Below are positions 1 to 13,157 of a DNA stretch of 64,000 nucleotides, piece after piece. The number at the start of each line of letters is the position of its first letter. The stretch's first letter is position 1. The notes under the pieces were generated by a model. The model ran no database searches, was not told the origin of the DNA, and saw nothing but the letters and a program-made list of their open reading frames with translations. The stretch is from Octopus sinensis. Taxonomy: Eukaryota. The DNA lies in the NCBI RefSeq assembly GCF_006345805.1, contig NC_042998.1, forward strand, positions 179,676,001-179,740,000. Reading direction: 5' to 3'. The translations under genes were made by a program, and so were the position numbers.

Positions 1-12
1 CTGCATATATAT

Positions 13-22
13 GTGTTGTGTG

Positions 23-65
<43 letters not shown>

Positions 66-118
66 TGTGAAGATATTTCTATGCACGCTCATATGTACGC
101 GTATGTTTGACTCCATGT

Positions 119-155
<37 letters not shown>

Positions 156-165
156 TGTATATATA
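13..165. repeat. (TG)n and (CA)n microsatellites, representative of dozens of di-, tri- and tetranucleotide tracts across the window
   Basis: Directly visible. Similar (TA)n, (CA)n, (GA)n, (TATC)n, (CATA)n, (AAT)n and (GAA)n tracts recur throughout. Confidence 0.95.
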
Positions 166-658
166 GATATAAATACACTTGCAATATGGAAACATGCGTA
201 GTTTACCTCCATATACCTTACCTACTCATACATCCATATGTATCTATATTTATAGGAGCACACCAAACGGCAAGACATAAAGCTGCCAGTTGGTAAAGCG
301 ATAACATTATGGAGTATGGTATATATATTATGCAGTGCATAATCTTGCTAAATGATAACATTATAAGGACATCCGGAATTGTTGCGCTGGTGTAATATCA
401 TATCAGCGTATACAATGTCGTTTCTAATCTACGGTTGTCTGTGCGTCCCGCAGAGTTTATTGACGCTGGTTGTTTGCATGTCTGCAGGTGGTTAATAGTG
501 CACACACACACAACACACACACACACACACACATGCACAAATGAATAATATAAGCAAAAATATAAAATAATTTATATATATTTATATACATATATATGTA
601 TATAAATAAAAAATATAAACAAAAAACAAAGATCACATATATATATATTTATAAATAA

Positions 659-689
<31 letters not shown>

Positions 690-924
690 AAGATATATAT
701 ATCCTATATCTATATATATATAAAACAGGATGTGCATGATTATGTGTGTGCGTACTTATACATATTGTGTGCATATTTATACGTATGTGTGCATGATTAT
801 ATGCATACATATACGTTTGCATACTTATAGGTATACACATACTATAGCTAGATCATCTATATTTTCCGCAACCACTCCCCCGCCCCCATTCTTCGCAATA
901 ATGGCAGTTGCTCTTTTTCTTTAA

Positions 925-1100
925 TTCCTAAGTCAATCCTGTTGGAACGAACCTGCCTGTGCTCGAATACATCCCAATGCCTTTTCCTTTTTAATTCAAA
1001 ACTCGTGTTGGTCTAGAACTACATTTATTCACTGTTTCTTCAATTGCTCTGTTTTCATAGTTAAGGTGTGGTTTCAAGGAGATTTGGCTTCTATTTCTAA
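925..1100 (+). repeat. Old dispersed repeat (family C), diverged copy
   Basis: Motif order 'cctaagtcaatcctg...ctagaactacatt...gtgtggtttcaaggagatttggcttctatttcta' recurs in diverged form near 9355-9520, 17245-17330, 20145-20310 (minus), 48890-49080 and 51000-51080 (minus). Confidence 0.5.
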
Positions 1101-1380
1101 ACGAAGAGAACGTGTATTGAGCCATCTGACTGACACCGCTCACTACCAAAGTGATAATATTTTAACAAATAGTTTTCCACGCCAATTATTAGATAACGTG
1201 GTCTGATGTTAGAAGAGAGAGATCCCAAACATCCCAGCTTCTGATCTGCTGGAAATAGCAGCTAAATTTCCTTCAAATCACACTCTACTTTTTGATGGAG
1301 TGATTCAGTACCGAGAATAGAGTTAAATCTATTGCAAAATTCGAATTGGCTAAGACATTGCAATATATATATAAATAACA

Positions 1381-1560
1381 AGGCGTTCCTTGTTCCGCCG
1401 AGTTCAAATTCCGCCGAGGTCGACTTTGCCTTTCATCCTTTCTGGGTCGATAAATAAAGTACCAGTTTCGCACTGGGGGGTCTATGTAATCGACTTAATC
1501 CCTTTGTCTGTCCTTGTTTGTCCCCTCTATGTTTGGCCCCTTGTGGGTAGTAAAGAAATA
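1381..1560 (+). mobile_element. SINE-A copy with internal deletion in the head
   Basis: B-box-like 'gagttcaaattcc', body 'gaggtcgactttgcctttcatcctt...gtcgataaataaagtaccag', tail 'tgtgggtagtaaagaaata'. Flanking direct repeat atatatataaataac (about 1365-1379 and 1558-1572). Confidence 0.9.
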
Positions 1561-1802
1561 TATATAAATAACGAAGGACATGTTGAATGCGGTTACATAT
1601 AAGTTTGGATGGGCACAGCTCGAACGCGGTTGATTACAAACTGGTATGTATTTAAGGATACGCTAGAATACTGCGGGACACGTCTGAGGGGCCGAAGAAC
1701 ACTGTGTAGAGATATGAATTGTACAGCCTATTAATTGTTTCATATAGTAACTTAACCAGCTGCGACTCTCAAAATCCAGTTACACGAGGACACTTTTGCA
1801 GG

Positions 1803-1847
1803 AAGTGTATGTTCACCAAGTGTATGTTCACCAAGTGTATATTCACC
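1803..1847. repeat. 15-bp tandem repeat x3 (aagtgtatgttcacc)
   Basis: Three consecutive copies; the third has one substitution. Confidence 0.9.
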
Positions 1848-3623
1848 CGAATGGACATGACAAGCAAACATCTGAATTTCTGTACGATGATATCCTTATT
1901 TACTTTATTCAATAACTTTTTTCGAATGTGTTACATTAATAGATAGAGTTGAGGACAGCCAGGCTAGAACTCTACAGAAAGATGCATCAAAATCGGCCTC
2001 TTTTATTCAAATATCTCTATGCCAGCTATATTAAATAGTCTTCTACAGCGATTGCCCTTTTACGAGAAACACACACACACATGCGCACACGTACACACAC
2101 ACACACGTGCACGCACATACCGTTCTTACTCTCATTCAGTTTTTGTAAGTATATTTGAAAATTAACTGTCCTTTACTACCAGCCTCCTATCGGCACTGAA
2201 TCACTGTTTATTGATAAAAGTAATGTATGTGCCTAGCAGAAACAGCTGGAACTAATGGCTCCAAGTGAAAGCAAATAGCGATATTATATAACCGCCGAAT
2301 TCTTTATCTACTAATTGACTAAATTATTCAGTTATTATTCCGATCGTAATGTTACCGTATTACTCTGGGATGTTGCAACACATTAATCCAATTTATGTAG
2401 TCACGCGCTTTATCGCTGGCGAGACTTTTTCTGTTCTTGTTTAACTAGCTTTATTGACCCCCTGAATGCAACAGATCGTTCCTGCAACGATATACATCAT
2501 TCCTAATATGATATTTCTTTATCTACATCTACGAATATATATATATCGCTGAAAAAGTATAGCCAGGAAGAAAATTACGTATGATATATATATATATAAT
2601 TATATTATATATATATATATATATATGGATATATATATGGATGTAGATAGATATATGGATATATATGTATATATGGAGATATCTATCTATCTGTCTATAT
2701 ATATGGATATATATATGGATATATATATATGGATATATATGTATATATGGAGATATCTATCTATCTATATATATAATATATATATCTAATATATATATAT
2801 ATAATATACATATATATGTAGCACACTGCTTAATAGATACGTATTAAGGTGGTGGGGGAAATTACGTTTTTTTTTTAAAAAACAAACACTAAAAGCGGTC
2901 CAATAAAGTCTGGAAAACCTATTTGTTTATCAAACCCTCCACTTCCTACAATGCTGGTAAGGTGGTTTAGTTTTCGTTAGATCTTCAATTTTGTATTTTC
3001 TGGTGATGTTTTGTATTTTCTGGTGATGTTTTCTTCTTGATTGGCTATATCAAAAACGTATCATGTCTTTATACTGTTATTATTGATTTTATCATAATTG
3101 CTTTGCATGATACTGTACACATTACATATGTTCTTGCAGAGACCGGATCCTTTCTTCTCCTTATGGCATGATCGCTTTCAAGGTGGTTTGCTTAGTCTTA
3201 CGAAAACCAGTGCTTTGACTGATTCTTATTTTGTTGATTTCGAAATGAGAAAAGGCAAAATTTACTGGACGAAATTTGAACGCAGACCATAAATACTATA
3301 AAATTTCTTTTTGAAATTTCTACCAATCCATCGTCACTAGATATTTTTAAGAACGTCTGAAAAACAAGAGGCGATAATCCTAGCTGATATACCTTCGAGC
3401 ATAAGTGTCATCATTCAGCTTTTATAAAAGCTTAAACCACAGCAACAGCTGCAGAAAGCAAACCTTAAAATTTACTAAGTTGAAGTGTTAGAAAATGCAT
3501 CGACTCTGGTCGAATTTAAATATATCTGCAACATGAAATGTAATTTAGTTCTATACTTAAGAGATGAGCAATTATGTTAATTATTTACATTATTTACATT
3601 TGACGGATATTTGTCCTCATCTT

Positions 3624-3772
3624 GTAGTAGTGGTTAAGAGCGCGGGCTACTAACCCCAAAATTCCGAGTTCGATTCCAGGCAGTGACCTGAATAATAATA
3701 ATAACAATAATAATAATAATAATAACAACAACACCATCGAAATATACCTTAGGAATGAGAATCCAGGATCGT
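3624..3772 (+). mobile_element. tRNA-derived SINE-like element (head, (AAT)n tract and body)
   Basis: A-box-like 'agtggttaagagcgc', anticodon-like arm ggg-ctactaa-ccc, B-box 'gagttcgattcc'. T stem is mismatched and the acceptor stem is incomplete. Confidence 0.65.
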
Positions 3773-4752
3773 AAAATATAAATAATGAAATGTAATTGTT
3801 TAACAGCAAAGCATCCTTCTTCGATTGAACTGTGATCAAAAGTATATCAAAGTATGACCATGATACAGTATTTTCAAATTTCAAGAATAGTCTACCCCGG
3901 ACTTTGTTACCTAAAAGATTTTTTCTTTTAAACGATAGCGGGTGGATTAAGTAATTATTTCTAGCAGATCGCAGTATCATTTAGCATCTGTAAATACCTT
4001 TCTGTATTGTAACTTTTATATACATCATTTTACAAAAGTACAATCATTTAAATATACGACTACTTTTATATGTATATTTATATACATACATCTACACACA
4101 GTAAAGCAATGTACTATGAGCCTGGAGGTTGCTTAGAGATAAAAGGCACTTTATAAAACCTGTCTAATCAAGGGTCTTAATGGCAAAAAAAATCATAAGT
4201 ACATACATACATACATACATACAACCATTAGGGCCCTCTGTTAGTTATGCATAAGCGACTATCTTGAAAACCTAGAGTGTTCAATCGATAAAAGCGACCA
4301 GATAACACGAACTTTATCGATACGATCTGTAAATGGAACTGTAAAAATATACAAGACTCTTAAAGTTTCGACATGTAACATTATTGTTGTTATCCAAGTT
4401 CCAGTGACGGTGTTCTTGTTTCTTTGCTAGAAATCAGCTCCCCGCTTCTAGGCAGAATGTTTACAGAGAAAAATAAATGTACACATATGCATATACAAAG
4501 CGCATGATTGTTACGTAAAAGAAATTTCTTGCTAGTTTGTTCAGAGATAACCTTTGCAACTACTTCTGATCCAGTATGTTGCCGATACTTATTTAATTGA
4601 CAACTGTACAAAAAGTTAAGTCAACTTTGCGGCATTCCAGCTTAGACCGAAGAAACCGCAAAATGCTTTTGGTGATGTCTGTTAGCAGGTTACGTTTCAT
4701 ATCAGCCCTCTCTGTTACCGCAAGCCACTAATGCATATATATATGATATAAT

Positions 4753-4817
<65 letters not shown>

Positions 4818-5940
4818 GTGCGTGTGTTGCAGTATATCAACGTACCAATTGCTCTCTGATTTTATTGCTAAAATGCCGAAATTGCCTTTCAAAATGCTAC
4901 ATATAAAAACCTAATAGTCTTTTTACGTTGGTTAGAAAGGAATTCGTATATTTAGTGAAGGTTTTCGAAGGGTTGCCTTTAGCATTACACCGTCTCCTTT
5001 GCAGGTACAGTTCACTGCTAGTTGGTATGCACGCCACGCTTTGTTCTGGTTCCGCTTTTCCCTTCGCTATAATTCTACGCAAATGTTGTGTATTTATTTA
5101 CATAAGGATAGAATCCATGTTGGAAAGGAATGACTGACATTCCTGACGAGACTCAGAGATTCAGTGACTAGGTGGTAATGAGGGAAAAGCATTGCTTCAC
5201 TTTTTCTATCTGAAAGGCTGCATTTATTTCAGTATTCCTTTGCACGCTATATATATATATATATATAACGTGCCATTCAGTTAATTCAAATATAATCGCA
5301 TTGTAAGGAAGCTTCTTAGATAGAAATATAGATTTAGATATAAAAAAAGACCCATATCTATGAATAATTTATACAGACATATACATATTTGGAATAAAGA
5401 GATAATAACAATACTAATGATTTCTAACATAGACACATGGCTTAAGATGGATTAGCTTCCTAACCATTAGAAGATTTATCTCTCATCAGCTGACGTTATG
5501 GTAAACCGAATATAATCACTGATTTTTATGGATCCTAATTGATCTGGATCGGATTAACTTCAATTGGGATTTTCACTGAATACAAATAAAATATTAATTG
5601 TTCTCGATCCCAAATAAACATTATTTATTATATCATTATCTCTATATCGATTTGTCTCTTCGTCTGCTTATCAGCTTAAGCCTTAAAAGCAGTGAAATAT
5701 GTCCACTGTTATTAAATGGCTTTTCATTTCCATCAATATTCATGTCATCAGACCTGCGTAGAAACGTACGGTGTTATGCATTCATATATACATCGTCATG
5801 CGCATTCATGAATATATCATGATATAACACCAAAATACAGCCACACACGGATCGCTTGCATTTCGTTGTTACTTATTTCACATCAATTATCAATAGAAAA
5901 CATGCAACTATATATAATCTATATTTGTGCGTGCATGGGT

Positions 5941-5952
5941 ATCTATCCATCC

Positions 5953-6036
<84 letters not shown>

Positions 6037-6070
6037 GCATCTGTGTGTGTGTGCATGTGTATGTGTGTGT

Positions 6071-6118
<48 letters not shown>
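5941..6118. repeat. Compound (TATC)n-(TG)n microsatellite
   Basis: Directly visible. Confidence 0.95.
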
Positions 6119-6122
<4 letters not shown>

Positions 6123-6572
6123 ACATAAATATTCATGCTTCACACACTTCAACAAATTATTTTCTGAAGCTATAAATAAAAGCGAAGGGGCTTTTATTAG
6201 AAAATAAAAAAAAAATTATATGATAAGTGGATTATTTATTTTAATTAAACTATATGCTAATTAGACCCCTCCCAAAAGTATAACATATAAAAATAAATAA
6301 ATAAAACATACTAGGTCTGAAAATGGAACGTCCACTGTACTTTTAACACATAACATATCCACAATAAAAACACAGATTCTCATACTTTGGTGAATAGATG
6401 CTCAAAAGAAGCCTAGTATATTCAATGGGTATTTTAGGGTATTTTAAAATATATATATCTTTTCTTTATCACATCCATCTCATCACTCTCAACTCAATTA
6501 GTTAATTGCATTCAGTTATTCCGAAGAGAACTAATTTATTCCCACCCCTAAACCGTTTTCTGTCGACGACCT

Positions 6573-6586
6573 GTTGCCAGGGAAAC
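6573..6586 (+). promoter_or_regulatory. Possible RFX X-box (GTTGCCAGGGAAAC)
   Basis: Close match to the palindromic X-box type GTTGCCATGGCAAC/GTTGCCATGGAAAC in unique sequence. Motif match only; no TSS evidence. Confidence 0.2.
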
Positions 6587-6786
6587 ATGGAGATATCATC
6601 CCACCCATCCAACACCAATTTCGCTGCATGATTCATGCACCTTCAGTGTGCATACATGCACAGAATAAATAAAATGAAATAAACACCCAATGTTGCAGCA
6701 GTCTCTTGGATAGCGATAATGATTGAAATACTCTGGATGTTTTACAGTGAGGTGGTTGTCACAGTAGGAACCAGCAGATTTTATGC

Positions 6787-7210
6787 TTACTCTTTACTCT
6801 CTTTTACTCTTTTACTTGTTTCAGTCATTTGACTGCGGCCATGCTGGAGCACCGCCTTTAATCGAGCAACTCGACCCCCGGACTTTTCTTTGTAAGCCCA
6901 GTACTTATTCTATCGGTCTCTTTTGCCGAACCGCTAAGTAACGGGGACGTAAACACACCAGCATCGGTTGTCAAGCAATGCTAGGGGGACAAACACAGAC
7001 ACACAAACATACACGCCACACACACACACACACATATATATACATATATACGACGGGCTTCTTTCAGTTTCCGCCTACCAAATCCACTCACAAGGTATTG
7101 GTCGGCCCGGGGCTATAGCAGAAGACACTTGCCCAAGGTGCCACGCAGTGGGACTGAACCCGGAACCATGTGGTTGGTTAGCAAGCTACTTACCACACAG
7201 CCACTCCTGC
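6787..7210 (-). mobile_element. SINE-B, full length (tRNA head, CORE-like segment, internal microsatellite, (AGAGTAA)n-like tail)
   Basis: Reverse complement reads 'aggagtggctgtgtggtaagtagcttgc...gggttcagtcccactgcgtggcaccttgggcaagtgtctt...(TA)(TG)...ggcggtgctccagcatggccgcagtcaaatgactgaaacaagtaaaagag'. About 10 copies in the window. 'accttgggcaagt' resembles the CORE-SINE domain. Confidence 0.92.
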
Positions 7211-7493
7211 TTCTTTACATCTACTTTAAAACATACCCGCTTTTTTAACGATGTATTTTATACGTATAAAATTCTATGTATCAAAAGAGAGTTAATCTTA
7301 AAGAAAACACTTTGATTTCAAAATGAAAGACTTTAATTCCAAGCGTTATATTCTGATTTCAAAATAATTCCTTCCAAATCTACTTTTTTTTTGGTGGCTG
7401 GAAATATATTGTTTCAAAATTGACTTGTGCTGTATGTATGTATGTATGTATGTATGTATGTATGTATGTATGTATGTGTGTGTATGTATGTAT

Positions 7494-7530
<37 letters not shown>

Positions 7531-7537
7531 CATACAA

Positions 7538-7587
<50 letters not shown>

Positions 7588-7598
7588 GTAGTGTGTGT

Positions 7599-7970
7599 GG
7601 AGGCGCAATGGTTCAGTGGTTAGGGCAGCAGACTCGCGGTTTCGATTTACAGACCGGGCATTGTGAGTGCTTATTGGGCGAAAACACCTAAAGCTCCACG
7701 TGGCGAAACCCTGCTGTACACTTTTACCACAACTTTCTCTCATTCTTTCTTCCCGTTTCTGTTGTACCTGTATTTCAAAGGGCCAGCCTTGTCACACTGT
7801 GTCACGCTGGATCTCCCCGAGAACTACGTTCAGGTTACACGTGTCCGTTGAGTGCTCAGCCACTAGCACGTTAATTCCACGAGCAGGCTGTTCCGTTGAT
7901 CGGATCAACTGGAACCCTCGTCTTCATAACTGACGGACCGCCACATCAACAACAACAACAACAACAACAA
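7599..7970 (+). mobile_element. tRNA-derived SINE of a third family with (CAA)n tail
   Basis: Head 'ggaggcgcaatggttcagtggttagggcagcagactcgcggtttcgatt' (A/B-box-like), GC-richer body, ends in (caa)n; sits between microsatellites. Confidence 0.75.
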
Positions 7971-7982
7971 CACACACACACA

Positions 7983-8064
<82 letters not shown>

Positions 8065-10284
8065 TTATTTATATATATATATATTATATGTATGTATGTA
8101 TTTATTTCAGATTTCAAAGAATTATTTTAATAATGTGTCGCCCTATTAATATTTAGCAGGTCAAGTGATTTCTTTCTTAACTTATAAGATTTCTTTCCTG
8201 ACTTAACATCTTTTTTTTTTCTGTTGAGAGGATTAAATTTTATAGTATGTCGGCCCCTTTATAATAAGAGACAAGCTCCAAAAGAGCCAAGGTCATATTC
8301 TAGCTACCATTCTCAACGAAAACCTGATCCCACTAACGCCTTTCATAACGTCATTAACGTTGCAACTCTGAGAAATATACTGTTTGCATGCGTAGGCAAA
8401 CAACCAAACCATACGTATTCTTGCTGAAACTAGTTTTCTCCAATTTCAAATTATTTATTGAACCAAATAAACAACACCAAATTTAATGTACTCTGGAGGA
8501 TCTGTGAGAGGAGTTTCTTGTGTAATAATCTGACGGCTGTTGTCTATATTCTCCACCGTATCTATCCTATGGGAGGATTTGAGTCCTAGTTTTCCAAGTA
8601 ACGTGAATTATTCGACAATTATATAATGTCTGTATCACCACTTGCTCAAAGCGAAGAATTTTTGTTTTAACTTGGCATTGTTGTTGTGAAACGGTGGTAG
8701 TGAGTCAAAACCATATTTGGAATTTAGTGATTCACCCTTCCGTAGTTGAATTCTCAAATTAACTATCGGTACATTATTTTTTCATAAAGCACCCTCTTTC
8801 TACTTGAATATCAATCTATCTGTTAGTCTGCATATTTTGCTTGTGTAAAATGATAATCCTCTGTGTACCAGGAGACATGCTTCTCATATTTTCTTGAAAT
8901 AGCAATATGTAGGTGTAGCTTCGATGTCACCAATCCCAGTCTCTAACTTCAAACGTGAAGGGCAGAGTTGGAACTGATCAGCGACCAAAAAGTAATTATT
9001 ACAAACTGGGTGACATTTGAGTCAAATTGTACCGAAATTATTGGAAGAGCAGCCAAGAGGAAGAATATATATTATTACTTAGTGTATTTTGGCGCTCCCA
9101 AGCAGATATTAGCATCAAGATAACTGGGAATGTGTCCATGTACTGAACAGCGACTAATCAGATAAAATAAGTGACTATAATGAAGTAATAATGTCGGAAT
9201 AAACAATCAAGGGATGGAAAACAGTGAAGTATAAAGAACCGACGGGGAGAAACTCTTTGTTAGGAAAAATATTTTATCCTAAAGCTGTAACGAGTTCTTT
9301 TGACTAGTCATAAAGGTTTAAGAAGTTTGTAGTAATTGCTGCTCTTGTTTACTTCTTAGTCTGCTCAGATCGAGCAAGCCTATTCTCAAAGGCATCCCAT
9401 CCATGATTATCCCATCGTTTATTTCAGATATTGTGTATCTAGGTTTACATTTTCCAATGAGGCTTTTCAACATTTTTCTCTTTTCTAATAGTTAAGTGTG
9501 ATTTAAGGAAAATTTGGCAGATCCAGGATTAAAAAAAAAATAAGCATAACAATAACTTGGCTCAACTGCTTCGTTGTCTTCCCTTGAGGTCTGTGTATCA
9601 TCATAGCCTTAAATATAACAGTTAAAACAAACTGAACGTCGAAATGGCCGTTTAGCATAAGATTTGGTAGTTTAACTAGCTGTCGAGAAAAGTTGCTAGA
9701 ATCTCTTGTAAAACCTCTCGAGTGAACATTCTTCGACAATCTCGAAATTGCTTCATCAATAAAATTATACGATATGGTCCTCATGTCGAAAGCGGACGTG
9801 CTTGTTTATTATTACGTAATCTCTACCAGAACTAATGACAAATGTAACATACAAAAAGAGACGGAAGAAGAGCAGAGCCGTATTTGCTTTAATTTTTCCT
9901 TCAACTAGAATCAACTTCGTCTCCTGTATCTCCGGGTTTAGCAAAAATATGTACCAGTCCTGTTCTGGGAAGTTTTTTCGTTTTTACTTGCTGTGTCTGA
10001 GGGAAGGGGTAGCCCCGGAATGATCCTTATAGCTTCTCTGAGGCCGATAAGCTTGGTACTATTAACATTTCGCTGAAACGATTACAAGTCAAAAACTACA
10101 CGATGGACATAAAACAGGGAGAAAATTCCTGTGGGCAGATGTTCAACGGTGGGAGGACTAGATATAATATAATGGTTAGTGCATGGCTGTGAGGTGTCGT
10201 TTCGTGGAAGGAGCTTAGTAGAGTAGATACAAAATCTGTTAGTTCTTTATAGTAGTGACTGCTCCCTTCTTCATAAATTTTTGG

Positions 10285-10356
10285 CTTTTATTTTATTTTT
10301 ATTTTTATTTTATCTAGTTTCAGCTCACGAGCTGTGGCCATGCTGGGATACCGCCA
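10285..10356 (-). mobile_element. Isolated 3' tail fragment of a LINE or SINE
   Basis: Reverse complement 'ggcggtatcccagcatggccacagctcgtgagctgaaactaga' plus (AAAAT)n. The same tail occurs at about 42318-42359 (+) and is related to the SINE-B 3' end. Confidence 0.65.
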
Positions 10357-11179
10357 TTTTTAAAGAAGCTTTGTTTCAATTTCAGTATTAAGTAATGAAA
10401 ATCAACCTGACTTTGAGACTAGATCTTTTCTATGTTATTTTCTCGATTAACCTGAACCGGTTGACGAAGGATTAATAAACATTTACGACATACATTCCGT
10501 TCCATTGTATTTCGGTAAAGAGTTCAAAATAAGTTTTAACATATTTGTTATCATCAGCTTAAACAGCTTTATTTTATAGGACACGCTTCTCCAATGCAGT
10601 CCTTTGAGAGAAATGAAATTTCTTGTAATCTATCCTTGGCTCTTTCAACTCTTTCAAAAAAGTTTTTAGCAAATATTCCCTCGAATGTACTACTAAATCT
10701 AAAACGTGCTTGTCGTTCTTATTTTGTCTAGGAGAAAATCACAAGAACAAAACAAAATTAATGAGGTGGCAAATGAAGAAAAATAAACAAAAGAAATATC
10801 ATAGAGATGCGATAGAAATGATGATTGTCGAAAAACGAAAAGAAAAAGAAAGTGAATTAAAATAAGAAGATAACATCCCATTCGTTATAAATATATAAAT
10901 GATTTTTTTTATATATATGTTCCATAAGTAAAGAACAAAAAATGGTAAAACTGACATGTATACGTTTCTTTCTGAAGTGAAGTACATTAACGAGTATGAA
11001 GGTAATGGTAGCTAAAACCATCAAAACCAGGTCACAGAATGTAGCTACCAAGAACATAAATAACTGTTGTCTTTTGTTTTAAACCCTAGCATTCTAGGAA
11101 TAAATATCTATTTTTTTATTTCTTTTCCGAGATAGTATATCTACGACTACATATCGAACGCCGCTTCTCTCTCTTTTTT

Positions 11180-11243
<64 letters not shown>

Positions 11244-11246
<3 letters not shown>

Positions 11247-11425
11247 GGAGTAAACACATAAATGTGAAACAAGGTGGAAAAAGAGTACTCAATACCAGTG
11301 GTAGAGTAATATGTTTTATTTAAAGCAGCAGAAAATTCAACAAACTGTTACTCTGAGTTTCCCGTTGCCGGCAACGGAAACTCAGAGTAACAGGTTTTGT
11401 TGAATTTTCTGCTGCTTTAAATAAA
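11244..11425. mobile_element. (TA)n-embedded element containing a long fold-back; Penelope-like terminus remnant by inference
   Basis: Flanked by (TA)n on both sides. 11315-11425 is a near-perfect palindrome centred on gttgcc|ggcaac. Confidence 0.6.
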
Positions 11426-11483
11426 GTATATATATATATATAAATGATGATGGCGATGATAAAGGATGATACTAATAATGATT

Positions 11484-11817
11484 TCAAGTTTTTGCCACAA
11501 GGGCAGCTTAGGGTGGGGATTGAGTCGATTACACCGACCCCTGTGCGTACCTCGTACTTATTTAATCGACCCCGAAAGGATGAAAGGCAAAGTCAACCTC
11601 AGTGGAATTAATGGTGATAGTAATAATGCTTCCTTCTAAAGGCACATTGAAATTATTGGGGAAGGGATAGTCGATTGCATCGATCCCACTGCTCAGCTGG
11701 TACTAATTTTATTGATTCCGAAAGGATGGAAGGGAAAGTCAACCCCGGCAGAATTTAAACTCAGAATATACAACCGAAAGAAATGCCGTGAAGCATTCTA
11801 CAAGCTCTCTACTTTAA

Positions 11818-11880
<63 letters not shown>

Positions 11881-12085
11881 CCTGTAGAAGGCCTGATATT
11901 TAGGGGCTGGGTGATTAGCCGAGTGCATCGACTCTAGTACTCTGTTGGCACTGTATTAGCCCCAGAAGATTGAAAGGCAAAGGTGACATCGGTGGTATTT
12001 GAACTCAGTATGAACGTGTCACAAATAAATACCAAAAGGCTTTCAATTTTTTGACGCCATAATGATCTTACCAGTTCACCGCCTT
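11484..12085 (-). mobile_element. Cluster of three diverged SINE-A copies, same orientation, with an (AAT)n spacer
   Basis: Three occurrences of 'gaaaggcaaagtcaacctc'-like motifs (about 11582, 11730, 11972). Confidence 0.8.
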
Positions 12086-12131
12086 TAAAAGTAATTGTTT
12101 CTGATTTTATTTTAAAACAAAAAAAGTAATG

Positions 12132-12179
<48 letters not shown>

Positions 12180-12569
12180 GCGAAAAAGACGAAAGAGAAA
12201 ACTCGGGGAACAGAAAAGGAAAAGGGAGACAGGCAGTAATAAGGTTAAGATGTCAGGTGAAAATGGAAAGAATTTAAGCTTTAACATTAACATGAACGGT
12301 GGTTCGGCTTTTAAACTTGTTATTGACCTCAGGGAGAAAGAGAGAGAGAGAGAGAGAGGGAGAGGGAGAAGGGTGGAGAAGAGAGGCGGGGTTAGGGATA
12401 AGAAAAGAAAAAAATATAGAAATTTTATCTGAACAAAATGCCAACATATTGTTAGCAATTTGTGAAACAACTCTCAGGAGAATGTGTCGCATGTCTTTTA
12501 GTAATTAAAATGCCTCTTTCTTGTACTATTACACACACACACACACACACACGTACTTATACTTTTTTT

Positions 12570-13125
12570 ACTCTTTTACTTATTTCAGTCATGGGACTGA
12601 AATAAGAAACAAATGTATTTATTTATTTATTTATTGCTCTAAGTCTGAGATTTATTCCATCGTTCCTTTTTTGTCGAACTGCTATCCTACAGGAATGTAA
12701 AGAAACCAACACAGTTGTCAAGCAGCAAGACATTAACACTAAATTGCACGCCCACTACTGCACGCTCACACACACATACACTTCGAGCTTCCACTCAGTT
12801 TCCATCAATTAAATTTATTCACAAGTTATTATTCAGCCCACGGCTCTGCCATTATGTTCTGAGTTCAAATTCCGCCGAGGTCGACTTTGCCTTTCATCCT
12901 TTCGGGGTCGATAAATTAAGTACCACTTATGCACTGGGGTCGATGTAATCGGCTTAGTCCGTTTGTCTATCCTTGTTTGTCCCCCTCTGTGTTTAGCCCC
13001 TTGTGGGTAGTAAAGAAATATATAATAGCCAACATTCGAGATGCCGCGTAGTGGGATTGAACCCACGTTGTTGATTCAGTACCACGATGTTATAAAGCGA
13101 GCTTCTTAGTCACATAGCCATGCCT
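12570..13125 (-). mobile_element. Diverged SINE-B interrupted by a SINE-A
   Basis: Tail 'actcttttacttatttcagtcat' near 12570 and head 'gtgggattgaaccc...cacatagccatgccta' at 13050-13125, with a SINE-A in between. Confidence 0.65.
12853..13020 (+). mobile_element. SINE-A, 5'-truncated, young
   Basis: Near-identical to the other young copies from 'gttctgagttcaaattccgccgagg' to 'gtagtaaagaaata'. Confidence 0.92.

Positions 13126-13157
<32 letters not shown>

Noticed and set aside
3624-3688. Functional tRNA gene (anticodon ACT)
   Set aside because: The T stem and anticodon stem have mismatches, the 5' acceptor strand is missing, and it runs into a repeat body; treated as a SINE head.
5710-5755. 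Minus-strand CTGATGA...GAAA hammerhead candidate
   Set aside because: No stem I pairing and a non-canonical stem II closing pair. Other isolated CTGANGA hits (5143, 15462, 29286, 30103, 49762, 56580, 62103) also lack the required stems.
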